Origin: Macrostomum lignano
Lineage: Eukaryota
DNA: 64,000 nucleotides
Assembly (NCBI GenBank): GCA_002269645.1
Contig: NIVC01001230.1
Coordinates: 124,001 to 188,000, forward strand
Reading direction: 5' to 3'
Position 1 is the stretch's first letter; each line of letters opens with the position of its first letter. This document shows, one piece after another, positions 20,601-32,819 of the stretch. A model generated the notes under the pieces. That model worked only from the letters and a program-made list of their open reading frames with translations, did not search any database and was not told the DNA's origin. A program made the position numbers and the translations under genes.

Positions 20601-23600
20601 AGAATGGTGTCAGTTTCCTCAGAATAATGTCAGTTTCCTCAGAATAATGTCAGTTTCCTCAGAATGATGTCAGTCTCATCAGAATGATGTCAGTTTCCTC
20701 AGAATGATGTCAGTTTCCTCAGAATGATGTCAGTCTCATATGAATGTTGTCAGTTTCCTCAGAATGGTGTCAGTTTCCTCAGAATGGTGTCAGTTTCCTC
20801 AGAATGATGTCAGTTTCCTCAGAATGGTGTCAGTTTCTCCAGAATAATGTCAGTTTCCTCAGAATGGTGTCAGTTTCCTCAGAATGATGTCAGTTTCCTC
20901 AGAATGATGTCAGTTTCCTCAGAATGACGTCAGTCTCATCAGAATGATGTCAGTTTCTTCAGAATGGTGTCAGTTTCCTCAGAATAATGTCAGTCTCATC
21001 AGAATGATGTCAGTTTCCTTAGAATGGTGTCAGTTTCCTCAGAATGATGTCAGTTTCCTCAGAATGATGTCAGTCTTATCAGAATGATGTCAGTCTCATC
21101 AGAATGATGTCAGTTTCCTCAGAATGATGTCAGTTTCCTCAGAATGATGTCAGTTTCCTCAGAATGATGTCAGTCTCATCAGAATGATGTCAGTTTCCTC
21201 AGAATGGTGTCAGTTTCCTCAGAATAATGTCAGTTTCCTCAGAATGATGTCAGTTTCCTCAGAATGATGTCAGTCTCATCAGAATGATGTCAGTTTCCTC
21301 AGAATGATGTCAGTTTCCTCAGAATGGTGTCAGTTTCCTCAGAATGATGTCAGTTTCCTCAGAATGGTGTCAGTTTCTCCAGAATAATGTCAGTTTCCTC
21401 AGAATGATGTCAGTTTCCTCAGAATGATGTCAGTTTCCTCAGAATGATGTCAGTTTCCTCAGAATGATGTCAGTTTCCTCAGAATGATGTCAGTTTCCTC
21501 AGAATGGTGTCAGTTTCCTCAGAATGATGTCAGTTTCCTCAGAATGAAGAATCAGTTTCCTCAGAATGATGTCAGTCTCATCAGAATGATGTCAGTTTCC
21601 TCAGAATGGTGTCAGTTTCCTCAGAATAATGTCAGTTTCCTCAGAATGATGTCAGTTTCCTCAGAATGATGTCAGTTTCCTCAGAATGATGTCAGTTTCC
21701 TCAGAATGATGTCAGTTTCATCAGAATGATGTCAGTTTCCTCAGAATGATGTCAGTTTCCTCAGAATGATGTCAGTTTCCTCAGAATGATGTCAGTTTCC
21801 TCAGAATGATGTCAGTTTCCTCAGAATGATGTCAGTTTCCTCAGAATGGTGTCAGTTTCCTCAGAATGGTGTCAGTTTCCTCAGAATGATGTCAGTTTCC
21901 TCAGAATGGTGTCAGTTTCTCCAGAATAATGTCAGTTTCCTCAGAATGGTGTCAGTTTCCTCAGAATGATGTCAGTTTCCTCAGAATGATGTCAGTTTCC
22001 TCAGAATGACGTCAGTCTCATCAGAATGATGTCAGTTTCTTCAGAATGGTGTCAGTTTCCTCAGAATAATGTCAGTCTCATCAGAATGATGTCAGTTTCC
22101 TTAGAATGGTGTCAGTTTCCTCAGAATGATGTCAGTTTCCTCAGAATGATGTCAGTTTCCTCAGAATGACGTTAGTCTCATCAGAATGATGTCAGTTTCT
22201 TCAGAATGGTGTCAGTTTCCTCAGAATAATGTCAGTCTCATCAGAATGATGTCAGTTTCCTCAGAATGGTGTCAGTTTCCTCATCAGAATAATGTCAGTT
22301 TCCTCAGAATGATGTCAGTTTCATCAGAATGATGTCAGTCTCATCAGAATGATGTCAGTTTCCTCAGAATGATGTCAGTTTCCTCAGAATGATGTCAGTT
22401 TCCTCAGAATGGTGTCAGTTTCCTCAGAATGATGTCAGTTTCCTCAGAATGGTGTCAGTTTCTCCAGAATAATGTCAGTTTCCTCAGAATGATGTCAGTT
22501 TCCTCAGAATGATGTCAGTTTCCTCAGAATGATGTCAGTTTCCTCAGAATGATGTCAGTTTCCTCAGAATGATGTCAGTTTCCTCAGAATGGTGTCAGTT
22601 TCCTCAGAATGATGTCAGTTTCCTCAGAATGATGTCAGTTTCCTCAGAATGACGTCAGTCTCATCAGAATGATGTCAGTTTCTTCAGAATGGTGTCAGTT
22701 TCCTCAGAATAATGTCAGTCTCATCAGAATGATGTCAGTTTCCTCAGAATGGTGTCAGTTTCCTCAGAATAATGTCAGTTTCCTCAGAATGATGTCAGTC
22801 TCCTCAGAATGATGTCAGTCTCATCAGAATGATGTCAGTTTCCTCAGAATGATGTCAGTTTCCTCAGAATGATGTCAGTTTCCTCAGAATGATGTCAGTC
22901 TCATCAGAATGATGTCAGTTTCCTCAGAATGGTGTCAGTTTCCTCAGAATGGTGTCAGTTTCCTCAGAATGATGTCAGTTTCCTCAGAATGGTGTCAGTT
23001 TCTCCAGAATAATGTCAGTTTCCTCAGAATGGTGTCAGTTTCCTCAGAATGATGTCAGTTTCCTCAGAATGATGTCAGTTTCCTCAGAATGACGTCAGTC
23101 TCATCAGAATGATGTCAGTTTCTTCAGAATGGTGTCAGTTTCAGAATTGTCAGTCTCAGAATGATGTCAGTCTCATCAGAATGATGTCAGTTTCCTCAGA
23201 ATGGTGTCAGTTTCCTCAGAATAATGTCAGTTTCCTCAGAATGATGTCAGTCTCATCAGAATGATGTCAGTCTCATCAGAATGATGTCAGTTTCCTCAGA
23301 ATGATGTCAGTTTCCTCAGAATGATGTCAGTTTCCTCAGAATGATGTCAGTCTCATCAGAATGATGTCAGTTTCCTCAGAATGGTGTCAGTTTCCTCAGA
23401 ATAATGTCAGTCTCATCAGAATGATGTCAGTCTCATCAGAATGATGTCAGTCTCATCAGAATGATGTCAGTCTCATCAGAATGATGTCAGTTTCCTCAGA
23501 ATGATGTCAGTTTCCTCAGAATGATGTCAGTTTCCTCAGAATGATGTCAGTCTCATCAGAATGATGTCAGTTTCCTCAGAATGGTGTCAGTTTCCTCAGA

Positions 23601-25388
23601 ATAATGTCAGTTTCCTCAGAATGATGTCAGTTTCCTCAGAATGATGTCAGTCTCATCAGAATGATGTCAGTTTCCTCAGAATGATGTCAGTTTCTCCAGA
23701 ATAATGTCAGTTTCCTCAGAATGATGTCAGTCTACCACAATCTACAAATCACGGACACCCATTGCGCCGCAGGCGGCCAGGAGGCCTACGCTGTGACGCA
23801 GCTGCACCCGACGACCTCCAGTTCGCGGCACCAGCAGCAGCAGCGCCACACCCGGCACTACCGGCCGGCCGGACTGGAGCACCGCGGCCCGCTCGGCCTG
23901 GCCAGCCGCGGCCGGGACGCCCCCGGCCAGCTGGTGTGCGCAGGCGCCGGCCCCGCCATTCACGGCGTCTTCCTGCTGCAGGCGCTGGCCGGGGCTGGCA
24001 GCCAGCCGGTGCTGTCCAGGTGCTGCGGCCCGCCGGGCTCCCGGCTCGGCCAGTTCAACCGGCCCGCCGGCTGCGCCGTGGACGCCGACAGCGTCTGGGT
24101 GGCCGACCAGCTCAACCACCGCCTGCAGCGGCTGGCGCTGCCCACCTTGGCGCCGCTGGCCGAACTGCGGCATCCGCGGCTGCTCCGGCCGAGTCACGTG
24201 ACCGTGCTGGCCGATCCGCACTTTGCGGTGCGGCTGCTGCTGGTGGCGCACGAGCGCGGCGTGCTGGCATTCGACCTGCTGACGGCTCGGCACAGTGCTG
24301 ACGGGTGCTGACTGATTTGCATGTACATGTAGCCTCTCAGTCTACCAGGCTTCTACCCTCTCAGTCTACCAGGCTTCTACCCTCTCAGTCTACCAGGCTT
24401 CTACCCTCTCAGTCTACCAGGCTTCTACCCTCTCAGTATACCAGGCTTCTACCCTCTCAGTCTACCAGGCTTCTACCCTCTCAGTCTACCAGGCTTCTAC
24501 CCTCTCAGTCTACCAGGCTTCTACCCTCTCAGTCTACCAGGCTTCTACCCTCTCAGTCTACCAGGCTTCTACCCTCTCAGTCTACCAGGCTTCTACCCTT
24601 TCAGTCTAGCAGCCACCTGTCAGTCTACCAGACTTCTACCCTCTTAGTCTACCAGGTTAGGCTTCTACCCTCTCAGTCTACCAGGCTTCTACCCTCTCAG
24701 TCTACCAGGCTTCTACCCTCTCAGTCTACCAGGCTTCTACCCTCTCAGTCTACCAGGCTTCTACCCTCTCAGTCTACCAGGCTTCTACCCTCTCAGTCTA
24801 CCAGGCTTCCACCCTCTCAGTCTACCAGGCTTCTACCCTCTCAGTCTACCAGGCTTCTACCCTCTGTCCCTTAGGCTTCTACCCACTATGAGACGTGTAC
24901 CGACGTGTATCGACGGACAATATAGAAATATGCACAATAATATCCAACATGACAAATCACCCAGCCGCAAAAATCATTCGCAGACAACCACAACCAGCCC
25001 GCAGCCGTCGGCAGTCACGGAATTTGCCAGAAGCCGCTCGCCAATTCGCCGCTGGGGCGGCCTCTGCGTCCACTGGGGCGCCGTCCTGCTGGCAGACCAG
25101 GCGGCCAACTGCCTCAGTGTCTATCGCTACCGGCCTGCGGCCCCGCTGCCCGAGTCCAGCTGCCTGCCTCATCCTGCCGCCAGCTTCAGCCTGGTGCAGC
25201 GAATCCCTCTGGCTCCGCTGGGCCTGTGCCTGCCCAGACACCTAGCCACTCACCGGTGGCTGGACCTGTTGTACCTGGCCGCTCACGATACCAGAGACAG
25301 CGGCGGCGAGATGTGCCTGCTCACCGCCCAGATGGTCCGCGTGCAGCAGAAGCAGCAACAATCTGATGTTGCAGAAGCTGATAAATGA
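17674..25388 (+). CDS. NHL-repeat (beta-propeller) protein with acidic N-terminus, 3 exons
   Basis: Exon 1 17674-18040 (donor G|GTGAGC); exon 2 23773-~24307 (in-frame acceptor CGCAG|GC); exon 3 ~24965-25388 (acceptor uncertain). Exon 2 contains the NHL signature GSRLGQFNRPAGCAVDADSVWVADQLNHRLQRL; exon 3 has VLLADQAANCLSVY. Confidence 0.75.
18110..23730. repeat. 20 bp satellite (CAGAATGATGTCAGTTTCCT), ~5.6 kb, fills intron 1 of the NHL gene
   Basis: About 280 tandem units with recurring variants (TCTCAT, GGTG, AATAAT). Confidence 0.99.
24330..24870. repeat. 24 bp minisatellite (CCTCTCAGTCTACCAGGCTTCTAC), NHL gene intron 2
   Basis: About 22 copies. Confidence 0.96.
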
Positions 25389-25444
25389 ATTATTTTATGT
25401 GATCTGTATTGACTGTAGCTTTACCTGTATTTGAATCCGGTATG

Positions 25445-26090
25445 TAGACATGGCGCGAATCTAGATTTTGTAAAATGTGGCGCCAATCTGGATTTTGTAG
25501 AATGTGGCGCCAATCTGGATTTTGTAGAATGTGGCGCCAATCTGGATTTTGTAAAATGTGGCGCCAATCTGGATTTTGTAAAATGTGGCGCCAATCTGGA
25601 TTTTGTAGAATGTGGCGCCAATCTGGATTTTGTAAAATGTGGCGCCAATCTGGATTTTGTAGAATGTGGCGCCAATCTGGATTTTGTAGAATGTGGCGCC
25701 AATCTTGATTTTTTAAAATGTGGCGCCAATCTTCATTTTGTAAAATGTGGCGCCAATCCTAATTTTTTCAAATTTAGCGCCAATCTTGATTTTGTAAAAG
25801 TGGCGCTAATCTCGATTTGTAAAATGTGGTGCCAAGCCTAATTTAAGTAAAAGTAGCGCCAATCTTGATTTTGTAAAATGTGGCGCCAATCTTAATCTTG
25901 TAAAATGTGGCACCAAGCTTAATTTCGTAAAAGTAGCGCCAATCTTGATTTTGTAAGATGTGGCGCCAATCTTGGTTTTGTAAGATATGGCCCCAATCTT
26001 GATTTTGTAAAAGTGGCGCCAATCTTGATTTGTAAAATGTGGCGCCAAACTTAATTTTGTAAAATGTGGCGCCAAGCTTAATTTGTAAAA
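25445..26090. repeat. 27 bp minisatellite (TGGCGCCAATCTGGATTTTGTAGAATG)
   Basis: About 24 copies, decaying rightwards. Confidence 0.94.
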
Positions 26091-26606
26091 TAGGGTCCAA
26101 TCCAATTGTATTTTGTAAATCTGCGCCATTGACATTTGTAGAGCAGTGCCGACTTTTAAAGAGCTATCTAGCAAATCTACAAGTAAACGTTGCAAATGAT
26201 TTATTACAATACAGGTACATCATGCAATGTAATCATGTAAATTACACACAGTACCAAGTTTCCAGAGCTTCATTTTCTAAACAAACAATAAAAAAGTTGG
26301 AAACCAGTCTTGTCTGACCGATATGTATCGAAAGTAACTTAGTTTTATTTAGTTCCACACAGCAGACCAGCAATTAAACGAAAATATTACTGACAGTAGT
26401 AACACTGTCCATAAAAAGCATCGATTACTAAAATGCAGAAAATCGAAAATTATTATTAATAAAGTAATAAAAGCGGCGAAAGGAGAGACTGATCAAGATG
26501 ACAAATTTTTGATAAAGTTGTTTTAAAATCAACAGCGACCGAGATTAAAAATAAAAGTACATCGACAGTCACTGACGTAAAAAAGCAAATAAAAAATTCG
26601 ATTCCC

Positions 26607-29600
26607 TCAATAATTTTGAAGACTGTTGGCCAGGGCCAGCCGAAGTGACACTCGGCGATTATTGCCGGAATTTTCCTTGTCCTCAGCCTTGACCCCCGGC
26701 TCGGCCTTGACCCCCCGATTGGCCTTGACCCCCGGCTCGGCCTTGACCTTGGCTTCGGCCCTGACCGCGGCAACCTTTTTCTTACGCCGAGAATTTTTCT
26801 CAGACAGCGGAGCCTTCGGCGTCTCGGGGGCCGGTCTGGGCGAGAGAGCAAGTAGAAATTCGAATGTAAAATGCGTTGCACACTACTGACTGATGTAAGA
26901 AAAAAGTAGAACTCGTAGAGCAAGGATGAATGACAATTGAGCATCGAAATTAATTCAGTCTTCTACCAATTAACCCGTCATGGAATCTTCCAACCTACCT
27001 TTTCGAGATGACCACTAAGTAATCTACCACAGAATCTACCAATATATTCAATGCACCATAGAATCTACCAATTTACCATAGAATCTACCTATCTATCATA
27101 GAATCTACCAATCTACCATATATTCTACCAATCTAGCAAATAATCTACCTATCTACTATAGAATCTATCAATTTACCATAGAATCTACCAATTTACCATA
27201 GAATTTACCAATTTACCATAGAATCTACCAATTTACCATAGAATCTACTAATTTACCATCGAATCTACTAATCTACCAATCTACCAATTTACAATAGAAT
27301 CTATCAATTTACCATAGAATCTACCAATCTACCATAGAATCTACCAATTTACCATAGAATCTACCAATCTACCATAGAATCTACCAATTTACCATTGTGG
27401 TAGCGTGGGTCTGCTCAATTGCTCCGCTTAGTGTAATGTACAGTGCAGGTGTACACCTGCACGCGCGCGTGTGATTGGCTGACGCTTTGTCAGACAACCT
27501 TTATTGTTGGCCAGCTATATTAAATACAAGCTCTCTGCCTTGGGGGGGTCTTACCCCCGAAGTGGAGTTTTCACAGTGGCGACGAGACTGAAACGATCCT
27601 GCGCAAATGAGTAGTGCAAGTGCACTAGGGCTTGTCGGCCCATACGAAGAAGGCTCTGAGCCGTGGCATATGTACCAAGCAAGGTTAAAACAATATTTTG
27701 TTGCCAATGACGTCACTGAGGAAGCGAAAAAGCGAGCGATTCTGCTGAGTTCATGCGGCAAGAAAGTCTTCCATCTGGCCTTCAGTCTTCTGTCTCCTGC
27801 ACAGCCATCAGCCAAGAGCTACACCGAAATTTGTGAGGCACTGAAGAGCCATTTCGAGCCTGAGGAGTCCGAGATCGTCCATCGTTACCGATTCTACACC
27901 AGAAATCGCAGGGAAGGTGAGGGCGTCGCTGACTTCGTCGCAGACCTCCGAGACCTGGCTCGCGACTGCAAGTTCGGCGACAGCCTGACTTCGATGCTTC
28001 GCGACAGGCTGGTGCTGGGAATCAACAACGACGGCGCTCAGCGGCGGCTGCTGGCGGAGCCCGATCTCACTCTAGCGAAGGCATTGAAGCTGGCCCTGGC
28101 CCACGAGTCCGCCGCCAAGGGCTGCCAGCTGGTGTCGGGAGCGAGTAAGCCAGATCCAGTCAGTCAGGAGTCCGTCAGCATTGTCAAGCAACAGCAGAAG
28201 TCATCTTCGACAAGGAGGTGCTTCAGGTGCCTGTCAACGAAGCATCTCGCTAATAAGTGCCCGTTCGCCACCCAGAAGTGCTACAAGTGCTCAAAGACCG
28301 GCCACACTGCGGCTGCCTGCAAATCCCAGTCGAAGGACGATAGAAGAGAGGCTCTGCAGATGCAGGACGGTGAGGAAAAAGACAGCTGCAAGGAGGAAAC
28401 GGCCCACTCACTGTACCAGCTGTCCGGCAAGCGAGTGTCGAAGGTGCCGCCGATTACAACGACGGTGCGCATCAATGGCCGACCTGTTGTCATGGAAGTG
28501 GACACCGGAGCCTCCGTGTCCCTGGTATCCTCGAAGACCTACAGGACCGTGCTCAACTCCCAGCCAGCACTGCAGCCTGCGTCCATGCAGCTGCGAACAT
28601 ACTCCGGTGAGAAAGTGCCAATCGAAGGCTGCATCTGCGTTGCTGTGGAAGCTGCTGAAGCACCGCCCAAGTCACTCAGCCTCCTTGTGGTCGCCGGCTG
28701 CGGATCCGACCTGCTCGGAAGAGACTGGCTGTCCGAGTTGCGGCTCGACTGGAGATCAATCAAGCAAATGGCGGCTGCTCCGGAGGTGTCGCCCAGACTG
28801 CAGCAGCTGCTCGACAAGTACAGCGATGTTTTTCGCCTGAGCTAGGAAAGTACAACGGACCACCAGTGAGTTTGAATATGAAACTCGATGCTCAACCTCG
28901 CTTTATGAAGGCCAGGAATCTCCCCTTTGCTGTGAAGGACAAGGTGGAGAGCCAACTGAACCGCGAGATCGAACAAGGAATCCTGGTGCCTGTGCAGCAC
29001 TCCGAGTACGCATCGCCGGTGGTGCCAGTGCTCAAGTCCGACGGCTCTGTGAGGGTCTGCGCCGACTTCAAGCAGACCGTCAACCCGAACGTGGAGCCCG
29101 ACTCGTATCCTCTGCCGCGGATCGAAGAGCTGTTCGCGAAACTGACTGGTGGGCGGCTCTTCACTAAGCTCGATTTGTCGCAGGCGTACATGCAGCTGCC
29201 ACTCGATGAGGCCTCCCAGGAAGTCTGCACGATCAATACGCACAAAGGGCTGCTTCGGTACACGCGGCTGCCCTTCGGTGTCTCGCCAGCGGTCGGGATT
29301 TTTCAGCGCCGGATGGACTGCTTGCTGCAAGGAATCACCAGCACCGCCTGCTTCATCGATGACCTCATCATCACCGGGAAGGACGACAGCAGTCATCTGA
29401 ACTCCCTGGAGCAGGTTCTGGAGAAGCTGAGCCAGAGCGGCCTCCGGTGCAAGCTGGAGAAGTGCCAGTTCATGCAGACGAGCGTCAGTTATCTCGGTCA
29501 CCGCATCGATGCCGACGGCCTGCACCCGATCAAAGACAAGGTCGAGGCGATTGTCAGCGCTCCAGCTCCCAAGGACGCAACTCAGCTGCGCAGCTTCCTA

Positions 29601-32600
29601 GGCATGGTGAACTACTATGGCAAGTTCCTGCCTAATTTGTCTCAAGTCCTGGCACCGCTGCACCTGCTGCTGCGCGAGCAACACCGCTGGAACTGGGGTG
29701 CTGCTCATAACGCCGCTTTCGAGAAGTGCAAGGCCCTGCTGTCTTCGGCTCCGGTATTGGCGCACTTCGACTTGAGCTGTCCGGAGCAGTCCGGCCTGTG
29801 GCCTTTGCCTCGCGTACGTTGCACGACGCTGAGAAAAACTACTCGCAGCTCGAGAAGGAAGCCCTCGCTGTAGTGTTTGCGGTCAAGAAGTTCAACGCGT
29901 ACCTGTTCGGCCGCCCATTTCTGCTGGTGAGTGACCACAAACCTCTGCTTGGATTGCTTGCTGAGAACAAGGCCGTGCCGGCCCTGGCATCTGGAAGAAT
30001 TCAGAGGTGGGCTCTGCTGCTGTCTGGCTATAACTACCGCATGGTTCACCGAGCCGGAGCCTCACTGCTGTGCGCCGATGCCCTGAGTCGCCTGCCGCTG
30101 CCCGACAAGCCGGCGACGGTCCCGAAGCTGGCAGAGCTGGTCATGCTGATGGACCACCTAGACGATGGACTTGTCACGGCAGCTCAGATACGCGGCCTGA
30201 CTCGAAGGGACCCCACACTAGCCCGAGCTCTGCACTTCACGCAAATCGGCTGGCCAGAGCGGGTCAGTGACGATCTGCTGCCATACTCCAAGAGAGCGGT
30301 TGAGCTCGGTGCGCAAGACGGCTGCCTCCTGTGGGGCGCTCGAGTGGTGGTCCCGGTCGGAGCGCGAGCTGCACTGCTCCAGGTGCTGCATCAAGGTCAT
30401 GCGGGGGCGTCACGCATGAAGACGCTAGCCCGAGGTTATTTCTGGTGGCCAGGATTAGACTCGGAGATTGAAAACCTGGCCAAGGCCTGCTCTGACTGTC
30501 AGGAGTTGCAGAACGCCCCGGCGCCTTCGCCAATGTTGTCGTGGCCGTGGCCTGACCGACCGTGGTCTCGAGTGCATATCGACTATGCGGGTCCGGTGTC
30601 TGGCAAGATGCTGCTGGTTGTCGTCGATGCCCATTCAAAGTGGCTGGATGTGCATGTGGTGACGTCAGCGACCTCAGCTGTCACCATCCAGAAACTCCGC
30701 TCCAGCTTCGCGACACACGGGTTGCCAGATGTGCTGGTGTCGGACAATGGGCCCAACTTGGTCAGCAAGGAGATGTCCGATTTTCTGCGGAGGAACGACA
30801 TTCAGCACGTGCGCGTTGCTCCCTATCATCCGGCGTCCAACGGCCTGGCGGAACGAGCTGTCCAGACGCTGAAGCGGTCCCTGGAGAAGCAGCGCGAAGG
30901 CTCCTTGGAGGATAAGGTCGCCCGGTTCCTGCTGAGCTACCGGGTCACTCCGAATGCGACAACTGGTGTGGCTCCCTGCGAACTCCTGATGGGACGGCGC
31001 CTGTGCACGTTGCTAGATCGAGCTCGGCCAGACATGGGAGCAAGAGTACAGCGTAAGCAAGGTCAGCAAAAAGAGCACCACGACTGCAAAGCTCGGTTCC
31101 GGACCTTCGAGACTGACGACGCTGTACTCGCCAGAGACTTTGGAGCCAACGGAGGTCGGTGGAAGCCGGCGCGAGTTGTCGGTGCCGCCGGTCCAGCCTC
31201 CTACCTGTGCGGCTTCGATGGCGACGACCGAGTGGCGTTGACCATGTCCGCGGTGGTCCTGAGCAGCCGCGACCTACCGGAGCTGGCGTGACAGACGGTG
31301 CTACCGACGCCAAGGCCGCGCCTGAGCCGAAAGCTGCGATGCCGGCCGTGGACGAGCCGCCAAACCTGGCTGCTCCTGGAGACCCTGAGATCGACGGGTC
31401 TCTGCGCCGATCGTCGTTTTGGTGCTGGTTAATTATTATTTATTATTAAGTTATTAAGTTTCGAGTTATTGTTCCTCACTAAAATGTGTTGCTCTAATGT
31501 ATTCTCTTGCGATCCCTGATCCCCATGTAGATGGGGAGGGATGTGGTAGCGTGGGTCTGCTCAATTGCTCCGCTTAGTGTAATGTACAGTGCAGGTGTAC
31601 ACCTGCACGCGCGCGTGTGATTGGCTGACGCTTTGTCAGACAACCTTTATTGTTGGCCAGCTATATTAAATACAAGCTCTCTGCCTTGGGGGGGGGGGGG
31701 GTCTTACCCCCGAAGTGGAGTTTTCACAACCATAGAATCTACCAATCTACCATAGAATCTACCAATCTACCATAGAATCTATCAATTTACCATAGAATCT
31801 ACCAATTTACCATAGAATCTATCAATTTACCATAGAATCTACTAATTTACCATAGAATCTACCAATTTACCATAGAATCTACCAATCTATCATAGAATCT
31901 ACCAATCTACCATAGAATCTACCAATCTACCATAGAATCTACCAATTTACCATAGAATCTACCAATCTACCATAGAATCTACCAATCTACCATAGAATCT
32001 ATCAATTTACCATAGAATCTACCAATTTACCATAGAATCTACCAATTTACCATAGAATCTACCAATTTACCATAGAATCTACCAATTTACCATCGAATCT
32101 ACTAATCTACCAATCTACCAATTTACAATAGAATCTATCAATTTACCATAGAATCTACCAATCTACCATAGAATCTACCAATTTACCATAGAATCTACCA
32201 ATCTACCATAGAATCTACCAATTTACCATAGAATCTACCAATCTACCATAGAATCTACCAATCTACCATAGAATCTATCAATTTACCATAGAATCTACCA
32301 ATTTACCATAGAATCTATCAATTTACCAAAGAATCTACCAATCTACCAAAGAATCTACCTATCTACCATAGAATCTACCAATCTAGCATAGAATCTACTG
32401 CAGAATATACTAAAGATAAAAGCTACTCACTTTCTCTTAATCGGACAAAAGCTCTCGTCCAGCAGCACTGGATCTTCATCGTTCTTGCCAGCAGGAGTCG
32501 TCACCACGGCGCCGATGTCGCGCATCCACCAGGGCGGCGGCTCGTCGGCCATCAGTTTCGCTGCCGCGGCGCACGCATCGCCGCTAGACTGACGCGACCG

Positions 32601-32765
32601 ACGGCCGGGCAGGCGGCGCAGCAGCTCCCGATCGCGCTGGCGTCCGCGCTTACAGGGCGGGGTGGCAGCGGCGTCAGCAGCTTTGGACAGGCCCAGCAGA
32701 GGAACGGGCAGGTTCAGACACGGCAGGTCGTCAAGAAGCTCCTGAAAGCCGAAGTTTTTGTTCAT
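26607..32765 (-). CDS. Two-exon orphan protein (~187 aa) with basic patch and VKAEPG repeats
   Basis: Exon 1 32765-32431 ends at AA|GTGAGT; exon 2 26835-26607 follows CTCTCTCGCCCAG| and is in frame: ..CPIKRK-PAPETPKAPLSEKNSRRKKKVAAVRAEAKVKAEPGVKANRGVKAEPGVKAEDKENS..LQNY*. GC-rich with coding-like codon use. No family recognised. Confidence 0.7.
27020..27395. repeat. 20 bp minisatellite (ACCATAGAATCTACCAATTT), left part
   Basis: Tandem array interrupted by the LTR element. Confidence 0.93.
27396..27575 (+). repeat. 5' LTR (180 bp)
   Basis: TGTGGTAGCG..GAGTTTTCACA, contains TATATTAAATA. Confidence 0.96.
27577..27586 (+). promoter_or_regulatory. Primer binding site TGGCGACGAG (complementary to a tRNA 3' end, probably tRNA-Ser(GCU))
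   Basis: Directly after the 5' LTR; from recall, eukaryotic tRNA-Ser(GCU) ends ..CCUCGUCG-CCA. Confidence 0.75.
27607..28845 (+). CDS. gag: Retrotransposon Gag + aspartic protease
   Basis: Gag capsid region (RLKQYFVAN..FYTRNRREGEGVADFVADLR), two Cys/His knuckles (CFRCLSTKHLANKC, CYKCSKTGHTAAAC), protease motif MEVDTGAS. Confidence 0.93.
   Translation: MSSASALGLVGPYEEGSEPWHMYQARLKQYFVANDVTEEAKKRAILLSSCGKKVFHLAFSLLSPAQPSAKSYTEICEALKSHFEPEESEIVHRYRFYTRNRREGEGVADFVADLRDLARDCKFGDSLTSMLRDRLVLGINNDGAQRRLLAEPDLTLAKALKLALAHESAAKGCQLVSGASKPDPVSQESVSIVKQQQKSSSTRRCFRCLSTKHLANKCPFATQKCYKCSKTGHTAAACKSQSKDDRREALQMQDGEEKDSCKEETAHSLYQLSGKRVSKVPPITTTVRINGRPVVMEVDTGASVSLVSSKTYRTVLNSQPALQPASMQLRTYSGEKVPIEGCICVAVEAAEAPPKSLSLLVVAGCGSDLLGRDWLSELRLDWRSIKQMAAAPEVSPRLQQLLDKYSDVFRLS
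28866..31291 (+). CDS. pol: Retrotransposon Pol (RT, partly deleted RNase H, integrase), frameshifted
   Basis: RT: KLDLSQAYMQ, RLPFGVSPA, FIDDLII. RNase H: RPVAFASRTL..YSQLEKEALA, but no N-terminal CDAS motif. Integrase: HQGHAG..C..C, HIDYAGP, SDNGP, SNGLAER. Frame changes at ~28838, ~29772 and ~31235. Confidence 0.93.
31542..31728 (+). repeat. 3' LTR (187 bp)
   Basis: Same as the 5' LTR apart from a longer poly-G run. Confidence 0.96.
31729..32395. repeat. 20 bp minisatellite (ACCATAGAATCTACCAATTT), right part
   Basis: Continues the array left of the LTR element. Confidence 0.95.
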
Positions 32766-32819
32766 TGTATGTTTTGAGCATCTGCTGATCCTGAAGCAGC
32801 ATCTTCCATTGATAATTCA

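Larger units (their letters stand above)
27396..31728 (+). mobile_element. Ty3/Gypsy LTR retrotransposon (Mag-like), full length, young
   Basis: TG..CA LTRs at 27396-27575 and 31542-31728, identical except for G-run length; 5-bp TSD ACCAT; PBS TGGCGACGAG at 27577; PPT GGGGAGGGA before the 3' LTR; domain order gag-PR-RT-RH-IN. Confidence 0.97.

Noticed and set aside
26456-26944. Listed 162-aa minus-strand ORF (SRPSRGSR repeats) as a gene
   Set aside because: Wrong frame; splice-site analysis supports the VKAEPG frame as exon 2 of the 32765-26607 gene.
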